Source: an uncultured Alphaproteobacteria bacterium (GTDB lineage: Bacteria; Pseudomonadota; Alphaproteobacteria; Rhodobacterales; Rhodobacteraceae). Taken from it: DNA of 64,000 nucleotides. The stretch covers positions 10,720 through 74,719 of the forward strand of contig CACLZW010000006.1 in NCBI GenBank assembly GCA_902611475.1, given 5' to 3'. The position numbers were made by a program, and so were the translations under genes. Shown here piece after piece: positions 1 to 12,237 of this stretch. The notes below the pieces were generated by a model, which worked only from the letters and a program-made list of their open reading frames with translations, did no database searches and was not told the DNA's origin. Positions within the stretch are counted from its first letter, which is position 1, and each line of letters starts with the position of its first letter.

Positions 1-1840
1 AGGTCATGACGAGAATTACATTTCTGAAGTCAACCGATTTGCCATTATGGTCTGTAAGTTTTCCATGATCCATTACCTGAAGTAAAATGTTAAATACGTC
101 TGGGTGCGCTTTTTCAATCTCGTCCAGTAATAATACACAATATGGTTGCTGATCAACACCATCAGTCAGTAACCCTCCTTGGTCAAAGCCTACGTAACCC
201 GGGGGCGCTCCTATGAGACGAGAAACAGAATGCTTTTCCATGTACTCTGACATATCGAACCTAAGCATAGAGATACCTAAAACATCAGCCAATTGCTTAC
301 ATACTTCTGTTTTTCCTACGCCTGTAGGCCCAGCAAATAGATAGCATCCAATTGGTTTCTCAGGCTCACGTAAACCCGCTCTGGATAGCTTAATCGACGA
401 AGAAAGCATCTCTATGGCGGTATCTTGTCCAAAAACAACTCTTTTTAGTGATTTTTCCAAATCTTTTAATACTTCTGAGTCGTTTTTTGAAATGCGTTTG
501 GAAGGTATTCGCGCAATTTTTGAAATTATTTCTTCAATCTCCTTAACTCCAATTACTTTTTTCTTTTTATTAGACGGTAATAAGCTTTGAGCTGCGCCAG
601 CCTCATCAATAACATCAATGGCTTTATCAGGAAGTTTCCTGTCATGAATATATTTATTTGCAAGTTCGACAGCAGTTTTCAGGCATTCATTTGAATACTT
701 TATTTTATGGTGTTCTTCAAAGTATTGTTTGAGCCCATTCAAGATTTTAATACTATCCTCAGTAGATGGTTCAACAACATCAATTTTTTGAAAACGCCTA
801 GCTAGAGCTCTGTCTTTTTCAAAGTGGTTTCTATACTCTTTATAGGTTGTCGATCCCATACATCTAAGTGTACCACTTTGAAGTGATGGCTTTAATAGAT
901 TTGATGCATCCATGGCGCCGCCTGAGGTTGCGCCTGCTCCAATAACAGTGTGAATTTCATCTATAAACAAAACTGCCTTAGGGTCTTTTTCTAATTCTTT
1001 CATAACTTGCTTTAAGCGTTCTTCAAAATCACCTCTATAACGTGTGCCAGCAAGGAGAGCTCCCATATCTAGCGAATATATAGTCGATCCTTTTAAAATG
1101 TCTGGAGTTTGATCAGAAATTACTTTCCGTGCTAAACCCTCTGCTATAGCCGTCTTACCAACACCTGGGTCTCCGACAAGTATGGGATTGTTTTTTCTTC
1201 TTCTACATAGAATTTGGATACATCTTTCAACCTCTAAATTCCTCCCGATTAGCGGGTCAATATCACCGTTTTTAGATTTTTCGTTTAGGTTTACACAATA
1301 TTTAGAAAGAGCAGTTTCCTTTTCAGGGTTACTGTTGGTATTTTGAGAACTATCCTCTTGATCTCCTTCGTCAAGTTCCTTTTTTTCTTCATAGTTTGGG
1401 TTTTTTGACACTCCATGCGCTATAAAATTTACCGCATCATACCTTGTCATTTCTTGCTCTTGAAGAAAAAATGCAGCGTGACTTTCCCTTTCTGCAAATA
1501 TTGCCACCAAAACGTTTGCTCCAGTTACTTCATTTCTTCCTGAACTTTGTACATGAATCGCCGCTCTTTGGATCACGCGCTGAAAGCCCGTCGTTGGAAC
1601 GGCTTCACTACCTTCGACTTCAGTAACTAAGCTACCTAATTCATTATTGAGAAAGTTTTCTATATTATTTCTTAGTAAGTCTATATTTACGTTGCATGCA
1701 TTTAAAACATTCGATGCGTCCCTTTCGTCAAGAAGCGCAAGTAATAAATGCTCCAATGTTGCCAGCTCATGATTTCTTTCATTTGCTAGCTTTAAAGCAC
1801 TATGAATACTTTTCTCGAGTGAGCTTGAAAATGATGGCAT
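1..1840 (-). CDS. clpA: ATP-dependent Clp protease ATP-binding subunit ClpA (C-terminal part cut off by the left window edge)
   Basis: Absent from the ORF track because its stop lies outside the window. Reverse-complement reading from the ATG at comp(1838-1840) gives [39 protein letters not shown] (Clp N-domain). AAA+ module 1 Walker A is [12 protein letters not shown] at comp(1143-1177). Module 2 Walker A is [12 protein letters not shown] at comp(302-355). [28 protein letters not shown] lies at comp(~40-135). The frame stays open for 613 codons down to position 2. Confidence 0.93.
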   Translation of the reverse strand, partial: MPSFSSSLEKSIHSALKLANERNHELATLEHLLLALLDERDASNVLNACNVNIDLLRNNIENFLNNELGSLVTEVEGSEAVPTTGFQRVIQRAAIHVQSSGRNEVTGANVLVAIFAERESHAAFFLQEQEMTRYDAVNFIAHGVSKNPNYEEKKELDEGDQEDSSQNTNSNPEKETALSKYCVNLNEKSKNGDIDPLIGRNLEVERCIQILCRRRKNNPILVGDPGVGKTAIAEGLARKVISDQTPDILKGSTIYSLDMGALLAGTRYRGDFEERLKQVMKELEKDPKAVLFIDEIHTVIGAGATSGGAMDASNLLKPSLQSGTLRCMGSTTYKEYRNHFEKDRALARRFQKIDVVEPSTEDSIKILNGLKQYFEEHHKIKYSNECLKTAVELANKYIHDRKLPDKAIDVIDEAGAAQSLLPSNKKKKVIGVKEIEEIISKIARIPSKRISKNDSEVLKDLEKSLKRVVFGQDTAIEMLSSSIKLSRAGLREPEKPIGCYLFAGPTGVGKTEVCKQLADVLGISMLRFDMSEYMEKHSVSRLIGAPPGYVGFDQGGLLTDGVDQQPYCVLLLDEIEKAHPDVFNILLQVMDHGKLTDHNGKSVDFRNVILVMT

Positions 1841-1908
1841 CTTTATCCTTTCTAATTGAAGTCTTAGACTATATATATAACTATTAAAACAAAAATTCTA
1901 AAAAATTA

Positions 1909-2673
1909 TCAAAAGTTGTCTTTTAGAGCCCGTATTTTTGCAAATCTAGAGACTGGGTCAGGCTCTACTGTCTCGATATTATCTAGAATTGATGGCTCAC
2001 TTTCTCTAAGAAATGGATTGGTTTTTAATTCCTCTTCTAATGTAGAAGGAACTGTGGGAATGCCTTTTGCAATACTATCCAATGTTCTGATCCTTCTAGC
2101 TTTTAATTTCTCATTTTGCGGATCCACTGATAAAGCAAACTCTATGTTTGATTTCGTATACTCATGTCCTGAATAAATCATAATATCTTTGGGAAGTTGT
2201 TTGAGTTTTTTTAGGCTTTTCCACATGTCTTCCGGTGTTCCCTCGAATAATCTTCCACAGCCCATTACCATCAATGAGTCACCACTAAATAATGCTTTGT
2301 CCTCCATTAAACCGTAAGCAATGTGTCCTATCGTGTGCCCATCAACATCAAAAATTTCAAATGTTTTTGACCCGATTTTTAATTCTTTCCCTTCTTCTAC
2401 TTCAACGTCTAGAGGTGGAAGCCTGTGTTTATCCCTCTTCGCCCCAATAACTTTTGGTGAATATTTAATTTTTAAGTAATTTATACCGTCTATATGGTCA
2501 TTATGATGATGAGTAATAAGTATAGCGTCGAGGCTCAAGGCTTTTTTATCTAGATACGTTTCTATGGGCCCATGCTCAGGCGCATCAACCAAAATATTCT
2601 TGTTTGTTTTCTCATCTCTTATAAGATAGGCATAATTATCTGAGAGGCAGGGAATAATTTCAATTAAAGACAT
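1909..2673 (-). CDS. gloB: hydroxyacylglutathione hydrolase (glyoxalase II)
   Basis: ORF 1909..2700. Metallo-beta-lactamase motif THHHNDHIDG and the GloB-type N-terminus IPCLSDNYAYLI. The ATG at comp(2671-2673), preceded by AAGGA, is preferred over the TTG at 2700. Confidence 0.9.
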   Translation of the reverse strand: MSLIEIIPCLSDNYAYLIRDEKTNKNILVDAPEHGPIETYLDKKALSLDAILITHHHNDHIDGINYLKIKYSPKVIGAKRDKHRLPPLDVEVEEGKELKIGSKTFEIFDVDGHTIGHIAYGLMEDKALFSGDSLMVMGCGRLFEGTPEDMWKSLKKLKQLPKDIMIYSGHEYTKSNIEFALSVDPQNEKLKARRIRTLDSIAKGIPTVPSTLEEELKTNPFLRESEPSILDNIETVEPDPVSRFAKIRALKDNF

Positions 2674-2752
2674 ATTTAGCAGATCCTTATTTATCAACAA
2701 AGTTTTATACTAGCAATAATTTAACAGATTTAGCAATATTGGAAAATTAACA

Positions 2753-3499
2753 ATGAGATTGGATGTTATTCAATTGAAAGAGTTTTACGGAGGCACCGAA
2801 CTTGGTAGAACGACAAAACAATTAATAAACAGAGTTTTAGAAACGAAAGTTGATACCAAAAGCGGCTCTTTGACTATTGGCTTTGGTTTCGCGTGCCCAT
2901 TTCTCGAGAACAAAATGAAAGATAGCGAAAATAAGAATTTTCTTTGTTTGATGCCGAGTGAGCAAGGTGTTATCCCATGGCCCGAAAAGTCTAAAAGTGT
3001 AACAACTCTGGTTGATGAAGTGTCTTGGCCAATAACTACGTCCGCAGCAGACTTAATTTTAATATCACATGGTTTAGAGGTTAGTGATAATCAAGATCTT
3101 TTGCTACAAGAGGTACTTCGTGTATTAAAAGACAGTGGGAAACTAGTTATTATAGTACCAAATAGAACAGGCTTTTGGGCAAGGTCTGATAGTACTCCCT
3201 TCGGGTATGGGAAGCCGTATTCGATTTCGCAACTAACTGCGCTTCTTCAAAAAAACCAGTTTCAGATTGATAGTATAACGCCTAGTTTATATGGTTTTCC
3301 TGCAAGAAAAGGCTATTTGCTTAAGTCTTTATTGCTGTGGGAAAAAGTGGGTAAAAAGCTAAATAGTTTCTTCTTGGGAGGTCTTCTTGTTGTAGAGGCG
3401 AAGAAAAATGTTTTCGCGGTCAAGAATGTAAAGTCGGCAAAGTCAGGGAGATATTTCACCTCCGTTGAGGTCCCTGTCTCTACAATGTCCTCAGCTTAA
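2753..3499 (+). CDS. class I SAM-dependent methyltransferase-like protein (conserved alphaproteobacterial partner divergent from gloB)
   Basis: 248-aa ORF with ATG start. The segment LLQEVLRVLKDSGKLVIIVPNR resembles the post-motif-II region of class I methyltransferases. Divergent gloB pairing is as I recall from other Alphaproteobacteria. Confidence 0.6.
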   Translation: MRLDVIQLKEFYGGTELGRTTKQLINRVLETKVDTKSGSLTIGFGFACPFLENKMKDSENKNFLCLMPSEQGVIPWPEKSKSVTTLVDEVSWPITTSAADLILISHGLEVSDNQDLLLQEVLRVLKDSGKLVIIVPNRTGFWARSDSTPFGYGKPYSISQLTALLQKNQFQIDSITPSLYGFPARKGYLLKSLLLWEKVGKKLNSFFLGGLLVVEAKKNVFAVKNVKSAKSGRYFTSVEVPVSTMSSA

Positions 3500-3542
3500 T
3501 TTGAAAAATATAAAAAAAAATAAAAAAAGAGTAACCAACAAC

Positions 3543-3571
3543 TTGTCATAGTTGGACTGGTCTGTTATTTA
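3543..3571 (+). promoter_or_regulatory. candidate sigma-70 promoter for the atpHAGDC operon
   Basis: TTGTCA (3543-3548), 17-nt spacer, TATTTA (3566-3571), about 50 nt upstream of atpH. Pattern match only. Confidence 0.2.
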
Positions 3572-3619
3572 AAGATTGCAGTCGTTTTACAGTAACTAGC
3601 GTATAAAACCCAATTAAAG

Positions 3620-4186
3620 GTGATCTGTTTGCAAGAAATTAGCGAGATAAACTCAAAGCCATCAGCAAGGTATGCACTTGCCTTGTTTGCTTTGTGCCAA
3701 GAAGACAAGACTGATAATGAGATAGAAAAACACGTACTTAATCTTCTGGAGATATTGAAATCAGATAACGGACTAAATTCTTTTTTAAGAAATCCAACTT
3801 TTTCCTCAAGTGATCAGGAAAGTGTATTTGGAACTGTAAGTAAAAAAATAAAATTACCTCAGTACCTCCACAACACAGTTTGTTTAATGATAAAAAAAGG
3901 GCGGGGTTATGACCTAGTAAATTTTAGTGAGGATTTCTTAAAACTCTGTTCAGCCAATAAAAATGAACTCACAGTTCATATTAGAACTGCAAAAAAAGTA
4001 AGTGATGTAAAAATGGGAGCATTAAAGAAATCTATAGAAAAGATTACAAAACGTGTTGTAAGGCTTGAGTCAGAAAATGATCCTAATATAATTGCTGGAA
4101 TTGAACTTAAAGTTGGATCATTTTTGTTTAACTCAAGTATTAATTCAAAACTTGAAAGTATGAAAAATATTTTGAAAAGAGGTTGA
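3620..4186 (+). CDS. atpH: F0F1 ATP synthase subunit delta (OSCP)
   Basis: Position directly before atpA. N-terminal ARYALALF and C-terminal [16 protein letters not shown] pattern typical of delta/OSCP. Start is GTG 3620 or the in-frame TTG at 3629, which has better spacing from AAAGG. Confidence 0.85.
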   Translation: MICLQEISEINSKPSARYALALFALCQEDKTDNEIEKHVLNLLEILKSDNGLNSFLRNPTFSSSDQESVFGTVSKKIKLPQYLHNTVCLMIKKGRGYDLVNFSEDFLKLCSANKNELTVHIRTAKKVSDVKMGALKKSIEKITKRVVRLESENDPNIIAGIELKVGSFLFNSSINSKLESMKNILKRG

Positions 4187-4191
4187 TTACT

Positions 4192-5730
4192 ATGAACATT
4201 CAAGCAGCTGAGATCTCAAAGATCTTAAAAGAACAGATAAAAAACTTTGGTGATGATACAGAAGTATCAGAGGTTGGAAAAGTTTTATCTGTTGGAGATG
4301 GGATAGCTCGTGTATACGGTTTAGACAAAGTGCAGGCTGGTGAGATGGTTGAGTTCCCTGGAGGAACAATGGGAATGGCTCTAAATTTAGAGATAGATAA
4401 TGTAGGCGTGGTGATATTTGGATCAGACAGAGATATAAAAGAAGGAGATCTTGTAAAGAGAACTAGCTCGATTGTGGATGTTCCTGTCGGGATGGAATTG
4501 TTAGGGAGAGTTGTTGACGGACTAGGTAATCCAGTTGACGGGAAAGGCCCTATAAAATCGAAAATAAGATCAGTTGCCGACGTAAAAGCGCCGGGAATTA
4601 TTCCACGAAAATCTGTGCATGAACCCATGGCAACTGGGCTTAAGTCTGTTGACTCTTTGATCCCTATAGGTAGGGGGCAGAGAGAGTTAATAATAGGGGA
4701 CAGACAGACCGGTAAAACTGCAGTTGCAATTGACACTATACTGAACCAAAAAAGCTACAATGATGCTGCCGGACCTGATGAGAGCAAAAAATTATATTGC
4801 GTTTATGTGGCAATAGGGCAAAAACGATCGACTGTCGCTCAACTAGTAAAAAAATTAGAAGAAACAGGGGCTATTGAGTATTCGATTGTGGTTGCAGCGA
4901 CGGCTTCCGACCCAGCGCCAATGCAATTTTTAGCGCCTTACTCAGCGACTGCTATGGCAGAGTATTTTCGTGATAATGGCAAACATGCTCTTATTATATA
5001 CGACGATCTTTCAAAGCAGGCTGTTGCATATAGACAAATGTCGCTCCTTCTTAGAAGACCACCTGGAAGAGAAGCTTATCCTGGAGACGTATTCTACTTA
5101 CACTCTCGTTTACTTGAAAGATCCGCAAAACTGAACGAAGATAATGGATCGGGATCATTAACGGCTTTACCAATAATTGAGACCCAAGGAGGAGATGTGT
5201 CCGCATTTATTCCCACAAATGTTATCTCAATCACAGACGGTCAAATATTTTTAGAAACAGAATTATTTTATCAAGGTATCCGCCCCGCTGTTAATACAGG
5301 GCTATCGGTCTCTAGAGTTGGATCTTCAGCGCAAACCAAGTCGATGAAATCAGTAGCTGGCTCTATCAAACTCGAGTTAGCACAGTATAGAGAGATGGCA
5401 GCCTTCGCTCAATTTGGGTCAGATTTAGACGCAAGCACGCAGGCGCTACTTAATAGGGGAGCGAGGCTAACAGAACTACTAAAGCAGCCCCAATACTCTC
5501 CCTTAACTAACGCAGAGCAAGTTATTGTAATATATGCAGGTACAAAAGGTTATTTAGATAAAACGCCAGTTAGTGAAGTCACAAGTTTTGAGAAAAGTCT
5601 TGTGAATTATCTAAGGTCTGACGGAAAAGCTGTGGTAGATGAGCTGACAAGTAACGACCAAAAAGTGGAAGGTGAAATTGAAAACAAAATCAAATCACTT
5701 CTAGACAATTTTTTAAAGACACAGATTTAG
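4192..5730 (+). CDS. atpA: F0F1 ATP synthase subunit alpha
   Basis: ORF 4183..5730. The ATG at 4192 ([16 protein letters not shown]) is preferred over the upstream TTG. Walker A GDRQTGKT, and full-length alpha subunit similarity is obvious. Confidence 0.97.
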   Translation: MNIQAAEISKILKEQIKNFGDDTEVSEVGKVLSVGDGIARVYGLDKVQAGEMVEFPGGTMGMALNLEIDNVGVVIFGSDRDIKEGDLVKRTSSIVDVPVGMELLGRVVDGLGNPVDGKGPIKSKIRSVADVKAPGIIPRKSVHEPMATGLKSVDSLIPIGRGQRELIIGDRQTGKTAVAIDTILNQKSYNDAAGPDESKKLYCVYVAIGQKRSTVAQLVKKLEETGAIEYSIVVAATASDPAPMQFLAPYSATAMAEYFRDNGKHALIIYDDLSKQAVAYRQMSLLLRRPPGREAYPGDVFYLHSRLLERSAKLNEDNGSGSLTALPIIETQGGDVSAFIPTNVISITDGQIFLETELFYQGIRPAVNTGLSVSRVGSSAQTKSMKSVAGSIKLELAQYREMAAFAQFGSDLDASTQALLNRGARLTELLKQPQYSPLTNAEQVIVIYAGTKGYLDKTPVSEVTSFEKSLVNYLRSDGKAVVDELTSNDQKVEGEIENKIKSLLDNFLKTQI

Positions 5731-5744
5731 TAAAAAATTCAAAA

Positions 5745-6620
5745 ATGCCCAGCTTAAAAGACCTAAAAATACGAATTGATAGTGTAAAATCCACTAGAAA
5801 AATCACTAAAGCTATGCAGATGGTTGCAGCCGCAAAACTTAGAAAAGCTCAGGAGTCAGCTGAAAGAGGTAGGCCATATGCTGAAAAAATGCGAGACATT
5901 GTGTCTAATCTAGCATCAAGTGTCAAAAACATTGCTGGAGACAATAAGTTTTTGGGGGATGGTAGTGATTGTAAAAAGTTTCTATTGATTGTAGCAACCG
6001 CAGAGAGAGGTCTGTGCGGTGGATTTAATTCTTCAATCGTAAAGTTAGCTAAGTCCAGAATAGCCGAGCTTACAAGCCAGAACAAAGAGGTAAAAATACT
6101 GACAATAGGGAAGAAGGGAAGAGAGCAGCTTAATAGAGAATTTGAGAGTCTTTTTATCGGCCACGTAGATCTAAGTAATGAAAAAAACATCACGATAGAT
6201 ACGGCTAGAAAGATATCAATGGATATCATTTCAAGGTTTGAAGACGGTGAATATGAAGTTGCGGAGATTTTTTATAATAAGTTTGCTTCCGTTATCTCTC
6301 AAATACCTAGCTCGTATAAACTATTACCCGTTTCCTTCAGTGAAAAAGAAGCTGATGCAAGTAATGTTAGCTTTAATTTTGAGCCTGACGAGGATGAGAT
6401 ATTGAGCGAAATAATACCCAAAAGCATCGCGACATCAATTTTCTCTGTACTTCAAGAAAATGCAGCCTCGGAACAGGGATCAAGGATGGCAGCCATGGAT
6501 AATGCGACCCGAAATGCAGGGGAAATGATCGACAAGCTAACCATAGATTTTAACCGATCAAGACAAGCGGCCATTACAAACGAATTAATTGAAATCATTT
6601 CTGGTGCTGAAGCACTTTAA
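5745..6620 (+). CDS. atpG: F0F1 ATP synthase subunit gamma
   Basis: MPSLKDLKIRIDSVKSTRKITKAMQMVAAAKLRKAQ N-terminus and ITNELIEIISGAEAL C-terminus are gamma-subunit signatures. Confidence 0.96.
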   Translation: MPSLKDLKIRIDSVKSTRKITKAMQMVAAAKLRKAQESAERGRPYAEKMRDIVSNLASSVKNIAGDNKFLGDGSDCKKFLLIVATAERGLCGGFNSSIVKLAKSRIAELTSQNKEVKILTIGKKGREQLNREFESLFIGHVDLSNEKNITIDTARKISMDIISRFEDGEYEVAEIFYNKFASVISQIPSSYKLLPVSFSEKEADASNVSFNFEPDEDEILSEIIPKSIATSIFSVLQENAASEQGSRMAAMDNATRNAGEMIDKLTIDFNRSRQAAITNELIEIISGAEAL

Positions 6621-6625
6621 ATTAA

Positions 6626-8065
<1,440 letters not shown>

Positions 8066-8084
8066 ATGCCTTTAGGTAATTGGA

Positions 8085-8480
8085 ATGACAAATAAATTTG
8101 AGCTCAGTATAATATCGGCAGACAGTAAAGTTTTCGAAGGCAAAGTGGAAAACATTTTAGTGCCTGGAATGGTTGGTGACTTTTTAGTGCTTTCAAATCA
8201 TGCCCCTTGCATCAGTAGTATACGTCCTGGTTTTTTGGAATTTTCTGAGGGAACAAGCGATAAGAAAAGATATTTTGTTTCTGGAGGCATCATAGAGGTT
8301 ATTAATAACATGGTATCAGTATTAGTAGACTCCGCTGTTGCAGGTGATAAAGTTGTGGAGGGAGATATAACCAATCTTATCTCTGAAGTTAATGACAGAT
8401 TATCTGCTGTAGATACTGTTAATAAAGATGATTTGGGACTAAGGAAAAATGACCTGGAGGAGGCATTGAAACAAGCCTAA
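8085..8480 (+). CDS. atpC: F0F1 ATP synthase subunit epsilon
   Basis: 131-aa ORF immediately after atpD. LSIISADSKVFEGKVENILVPG is an epsilon-type beta-sandwich N-terminus. Confidence 0.9.
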   Translation: MTNKFELSIISADSKVFEGKVENILVPGMVGDFLVLSNHAPCISSIRPGFLEFSEGTSDKKRYFVSGGIIEVINNMVSVLVDSAVAGDKVVEGDITNLISEVNDRLSAVDTVNKDDLGLRKNDLEEALKQA

Positions 8481-8517
8481 ATTTTAAAACTCATTATAAG
8501 GAAAATGAGAACTATAC

Positions 8518-9717
8518 TTGTTTAAAGATATACGAATTGCGCTCATTTTCAGTGTCGTATTACTCGACATTATAGGCATTGGAGTTATATTTCCTATTAT
8601 ACCAGATCTATTGAAAGAGGTCGGTATAGATAATACTGCTAGTGCCGCTTTTTGGGGAGGTCTTCTTTCCTCATCCTATGCATTTATGCAATTTGTTTTT
8701 TCACCGACAATTGGTACATTATCAGATATTTTTGGCAGACGTCCGGTATTACTTACGGCATCAATATTGTTAGGAATAGATTATTTGCTGATGGGATTTG
8801 CTGAAAATATTTTGATCCTTTTTATTGGTAGAATCATCGGGGGCCTAGCTGGAGGAACTATAGCTACAGGTACTGCTTACTTGGCAGATATCTCAGATAC
8901 CAAAGACAAAAAAAAGAACTTCGCCATCATTGGAGCGGCCTTTGGACTAGGTTTTATATTAGGACCAATTATTGGAGGATTAATGGGTGAGATAAGTGTA
9001 AGGGCACCATTTTTCCTATCAGCGCTTTTATCCTTTCTAAATTTTTTTCTATGTTTATTTCTACTTCCAGAAACTCTTAAGGTAGGAATAAAAAATAAAT
9101 TCAGAATAAAAAAGTTAAACCCGTTCTTTAATATGTCTTATGTATTTAAAATACCTCTATTTAAAGGATTATTTTTTTGCTTCTTTCTTATCGCTTTTGC
9201 CAACACAGTCTATCCTGCGATATGGAGTTTTTGGGGAAGAGAAGTTTTCGGATGGTCTTCAGGAATGATTGGGTTTACTTTAGCGTGTTACGGCTTCTTA
9301 CTTTTTGTAGTTCAAGCATTTGTAATTCGATTAAAGTTTTTTGATAAGCTTTCGACAAAAAACTTAACACTTTTTTCTTTAACCTGCGGAATTGTAGCGC
9401 TCGTTTCATTCGGTCTTGTACGAATGGAAATCCTAGTTTTTGCCATAATACCCATTGCAGCTTTATCTGAAATGGTTAATCCAACTCTAAAAGCATTTAT
9501 GTCAAATGAAATATCTGAAAAGGATCAAGGTATTCTACAAGGTGTTTTAAATAGTATAGTTGGGTTTACTTCTGTTATCGGACCAATTTCCATGAGCTAT
9601 ATCTTTAGCATTGGAACTTCAAAGGATTCAATCATTTATAGTCCAGGCTCGCCATTTTTGTTTGCTGGATGTTTATTTTTTGCTTCTCTGGTCTTAATAA
9701 GGCGATTTTTAACTTAG
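8518..9717 (+). CDS. MFS transporter (TCR/Tet-like drug:H+ antiporter family)
   Basis: 399 aa, about 12 hydrophobic segments. MFS motif A-like GTLSDIFGRRPVLL. TTG start. Confidence 0.8.
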   Translation: MFKDIRIALIFSVVLLDIIGIGVIFPIIPDLLKEVGIDNTASAAFWGGLLSSSYAFMQFVFSPTIGTLSDIFGRRPVLLTASILLGIDYLLMGFAENILILFIGRIIGGLAGGTIATGTAYLADISDTKDKKKNFAIIGAAFGLGFILGPIIGGLMGEISVRAPFFLSALLSFLNFFLCLFLLPETLKVGIKNKFRIKKLNPFFNMSYVFKIPLFKGLFFCFFLIAFANTVYPAIWSFWGREVFGWSSGMIGFTLACYGFLLFVVQAFVIRLKFFDKLSTKNLTLFSLTCGIVALVSFGLVRMEILVFAIIPIAALSEMVNPTLKAFMSNEISEKDQGILQGVLNSIVGFTSVIGPISMSYIFSIGTSKDSIIYSPGSPFLFAGCLFFASLVLIRRFLT

Positions 9718-9727
9718 ATGTTTCCAC

Positions 9728-10741
9728 TCAGTTTGAATATAGGCCTTCATAGATAGGTTTTAAAGACTCTTCACTAAATAGCGACGAGACAGAACTTTCG
9801 TTAGATATATTTAACATAGCATGTGCCAAGAGAGGCGCAGCGGTAATTATACGGATTTTGGGGCACCTTGATACAAATTCAGTTGGTTCAATAGTATCAG
9901 TGATAACCATCGAGCTAAGATTGGATTTAGAAATTCTGTCTATTGCTTCTCCAGAAAGAACACCGTGAGTTATATATGCATGCACTTCTTTAGCGCCCTT
10001 TTCCATTAGAAGTTCAGCTGATTTAATCAAAGTCCCAGCTGTATCACAAATATCATCAACTAGAATGCAGGTTTTGTCTGAAACATCCCCAATAATAGTC
10101 ATGGAGTTAATTTCTCCGGGAGCACTCCTTCTCTTATCTACTACCGCTAAATCCACGTCAATTTTTTCAGCAAGTTCTCTTGCACGCGATACTCCTCCAA
10201 CATCAGGTGAAACTATTGTGATATTTTTATTTTTTGCGAAGTTGTGTCTTATATCAATCGCGAATATAGGTGATGCATATAGATTATCCACTGGAATATC
10301 AAAGAAGCCTTGGATTTGGGCGGCGTGAAGATCTAATGTTAGCACTCTATTTATACCTGCTTGTGCAAGCAAATTAGCCACTAATTTTGCGCTAATTGGA
10401 GTTCTGGCTTTTGTCCTTCTATCTTGTCTCGCGTAACCAAAATATGGGATTATTGCTGTAACTCTACTTGCACTAGATCTCTTAAGCGCATCTGCAATTA
10501 TTAGTAGTTCCATAAGATTATCATTTGCTGGATTCGAAGTCGACTGAACTATGAACATATCTTCGCCACGAACATTCTCGAAAACTTCTACAAAGACTTC
10601 TTGGTCGCTAAATCGTTCTACACGAGCTTTTACCGGCTTTACTTTTGTACCAAACAACAAACCAATTCTCTTGCAAATACTTTTTGCTAGCGAGAGATTT
10701 GAATTTCCAGATATAATTTTTAGTTTTCCGTTTGAGATCAT
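9728..10741 (-). CDS. prs: ribose-phosphate diphosphokinase (PRPP synthetase)
   Basis: [16 protein letters not shown]-terminus, [14 protein letters not shown]-binding loop [12 protein letters not shown]. Confidence 0.96.
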   Translation of the reverse strand: MISNGKLKIISGNSNLSLAKSICKRIGLLFGTKVKPVKARVERFSDQEVFVEVFENVRGEDMFIVQSTSNPANDNLMELLIIADALKRSSASRVTAIIPYFGYARQDRRTKARTPISAKLVANLLAQAGINRVLTLDLHAAQIQGFFDIPVDNLYASPIFAIDIRHNFAKNKNITIVSPDVGGVSRARELAEKIDVDLAVVDKRRSAPGEINSMTIIGDVSDKTCILVDDICDTAGTLIKSAELLMEKGAKEVHAYITHGVLSGEAIDRISKSNLSSMVITDTIEPTEFVSRCPKIRIITAAPLLAHAMLNISNESSVSSLFSEESLKPIYEGLYSN

Positions 10742-10851
10742 TATTTGCGACTCTTTTTAATGGATTATCCTATACGTTTTTCATTTTTATGAAAGTAAAA
10801 GGATAACTTTGCTTTCGTCTTTTTTATTAACTTTTCAAAGTTTATTTATCT

Positions 10852-11304
10852 TCATTTCTCAGTAATTTCTGCTATTATATGATCTTCATAATTTTCAATA
10901 TCAACTGACGTTTCTGAAACACAGTATTTTTGAATTGATTGATTTGTCCTATGGACACTCTCTTGGTCTTTACTTATTAGATGGTGCCATTGGGGCAAAG
11001 GTTTCCCATCGCTTATCAATCTATAACTACAACTTGAAGGAAGGAATTTAGAATTTTTGTGTAAATTGTATTTAGTGAGTTTTAAGCAGGCTTTAACATT
11101 TTTTTCTCTATTTGAGTAATCACTACACCTACAGTTCTCAAGTTCAAGCTTTGAGCACGAAATGTTGGTAATAAAAAGTTGCTTTTTATTAACTATTTTC
11201 AATAGACAGCACTTAGCGCAACCATCACATAATGCTTCCCATTCATCTTGATTTAACTGATCAAGAGTATATTTTTCCCAAAAAAATTTTCTTAGCTCAG
11301 TCAT
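10852..11304 (-). CDS. ycgN: YcgN/UPF0260 family cysteine-cluster protein
   Basis: FWEKYTLDQLNQDEWEALCDGCAKCCLLK is the characteristic UPF0260 N-terminal Cys cluster. Overlaps the ribF stop by 8 nt. Confidence 0.85.
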   Translation of the reverse strand: MTELRKFFWEKYTLDQLNQDEWEALCDGCAKCCLLKIVNKKQLFITNISCSKLELENCRCSDYSNREKNVKACLKLTKYNLHKNSKFLPSSCSYRLISDGKPLPQWHHLISKDQESVHRTNQSIQKYCVSETSVDIENYEDHIIAEITEK

Positions 11305-12229
11305 TAGCTAGAATACTTTCAATAGTTTCACAATCTGATTTCATCTGTAAAATTAATTCTTTTTCAGAGTTAAACTTTAGCTCAGGTCTTATAAATTTGA
11401 CTAGTGAAATAGAAACATTTTCTCCATATAAATTTCCTTCGAAGTCAAATATGAAAACCTCAATATTTGGCTCATAATCGCCATAGGTCGGTCTTGAACC
11501 TATTGATGCTGCTCCTTTAAAAGTTCTTTTATTATCATGGGATAAAACTTTAATGAATACTGCATAGACACCATGTTTGGGAACAATTGTACTTCTTAAC
11601 CCAATATTTATTGTCGGAAACCCGAGTTGTCGGCCTCTCTGAAAACCCTTTTCTACCACTCCCTCAATTTCATAATAGCGAGAAAGCATTTTAGTGACTT
11701 CATTAACGGACCCTTTGGCTAGTTTTTCCCGTAATACGCTTGAAGATACAACTTTACCTCCAATCATAAATGGATTGGCGATATGCAAATTGAGCTTGTT
11801 CTTTTCCTGGTACATCTTCAATAACTTGACGGAACCTTCTCTATTCTTTCCAAATCTAAAATCTGGACCGACCACAATAGTTTTTACATTTATTTTTTCT
11901 AGTAGCACAGTCTCTATGAAATCCCTTGGAGATAAGTTTGCTAATGAAGAATCAAAAGGCAGTTCAAAAAGAGCATCTATCCCAAAAGAGACTAAAAATC
12001 TTTCACGTGTTTCTGATTTCATTAGCTTAAATATCGGCTGATTTTTTTGAAAATATTGTCTGGGATGAGGTTCAAATGTAACTACGCCAACAAAAGAATT
12101 ATTACTTTTTTCCTTTGCAACCTCAATAACTGACTGGTGGCCCAAATGCATACCGTCAAAGTTACCTATAGCAACGGAGTAGCCACTTTTCTCTTTTGGA
12201 ATGTTTTCTATGCTTTTAAAAACCAACAT
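11297..12229 (-). CDS. ribF: bifunctional riboflavin kinase / FMN adenylyltransferase
   Basis: AIGNFDGMHLGHQ nucleotidyltransferase motif, GFPTINI and PTYG riboflavin kinase motifs. Confidence 0.95.
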   Translation of the reverse strand: MLVFKSIENIPKEKSGYSVAIGNFDGMHLGHQSVIEVAKEKSNNSFVGVVTFEPHPRQYFQKNQPIFKLMKSETRERFLVSFGIDALFELPFDSSLANLSPRDFIETVLLEKINVKTIVVGPDFRFGKNREGSVKLLKMYQEKNKLNLHIANPFMIGGKVVSSSVLREKLAKGSVNEVTKMLSRYYEIEGVVEKGFQRGRQLGFPTINIGLRSTIVPKHGVYAVFIKVLSHDNKRTFKGAASIGSRPTYGDYEPNIEVFIFDFEGNLYGENVSISLVKFIRPELKFNSEKELILQMKSDCETIESILAND

Positions 12230-12237
12230 AATGCTTC

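Noticed and set aside
1444-1887. Two plus-strand ORFs (60 and 63 aa) that are the only ORF-track entries in the first 1.9 kb.
   Set aside because: They are antisense to the clpA N-domain and first AAA+ module, which read cleanly on the minus strand. The real gene is missing from the track only because its stop lies outside the window.
4200-4736. A 178-aa antisense ORF inside atpA. Similar long shadow ORFs occur at 5849-6229 in atpG, 26867-27304 in carB, 36030-36458 in the Fe-ADH gene, 39565-40080 and 40450-40830 in pyk, 43937-44335 in pheT and 46613-46981 in the ETF-QO gene.
   Set aside because: Each lies wholly inside, and antisense to, a gene with unambiguous family motifs. The translations are Ser/Pro/Ile/Phe-rich low-complexity strings typical of antisense frames. 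None has a ribosome-binding site or recognisable domain.
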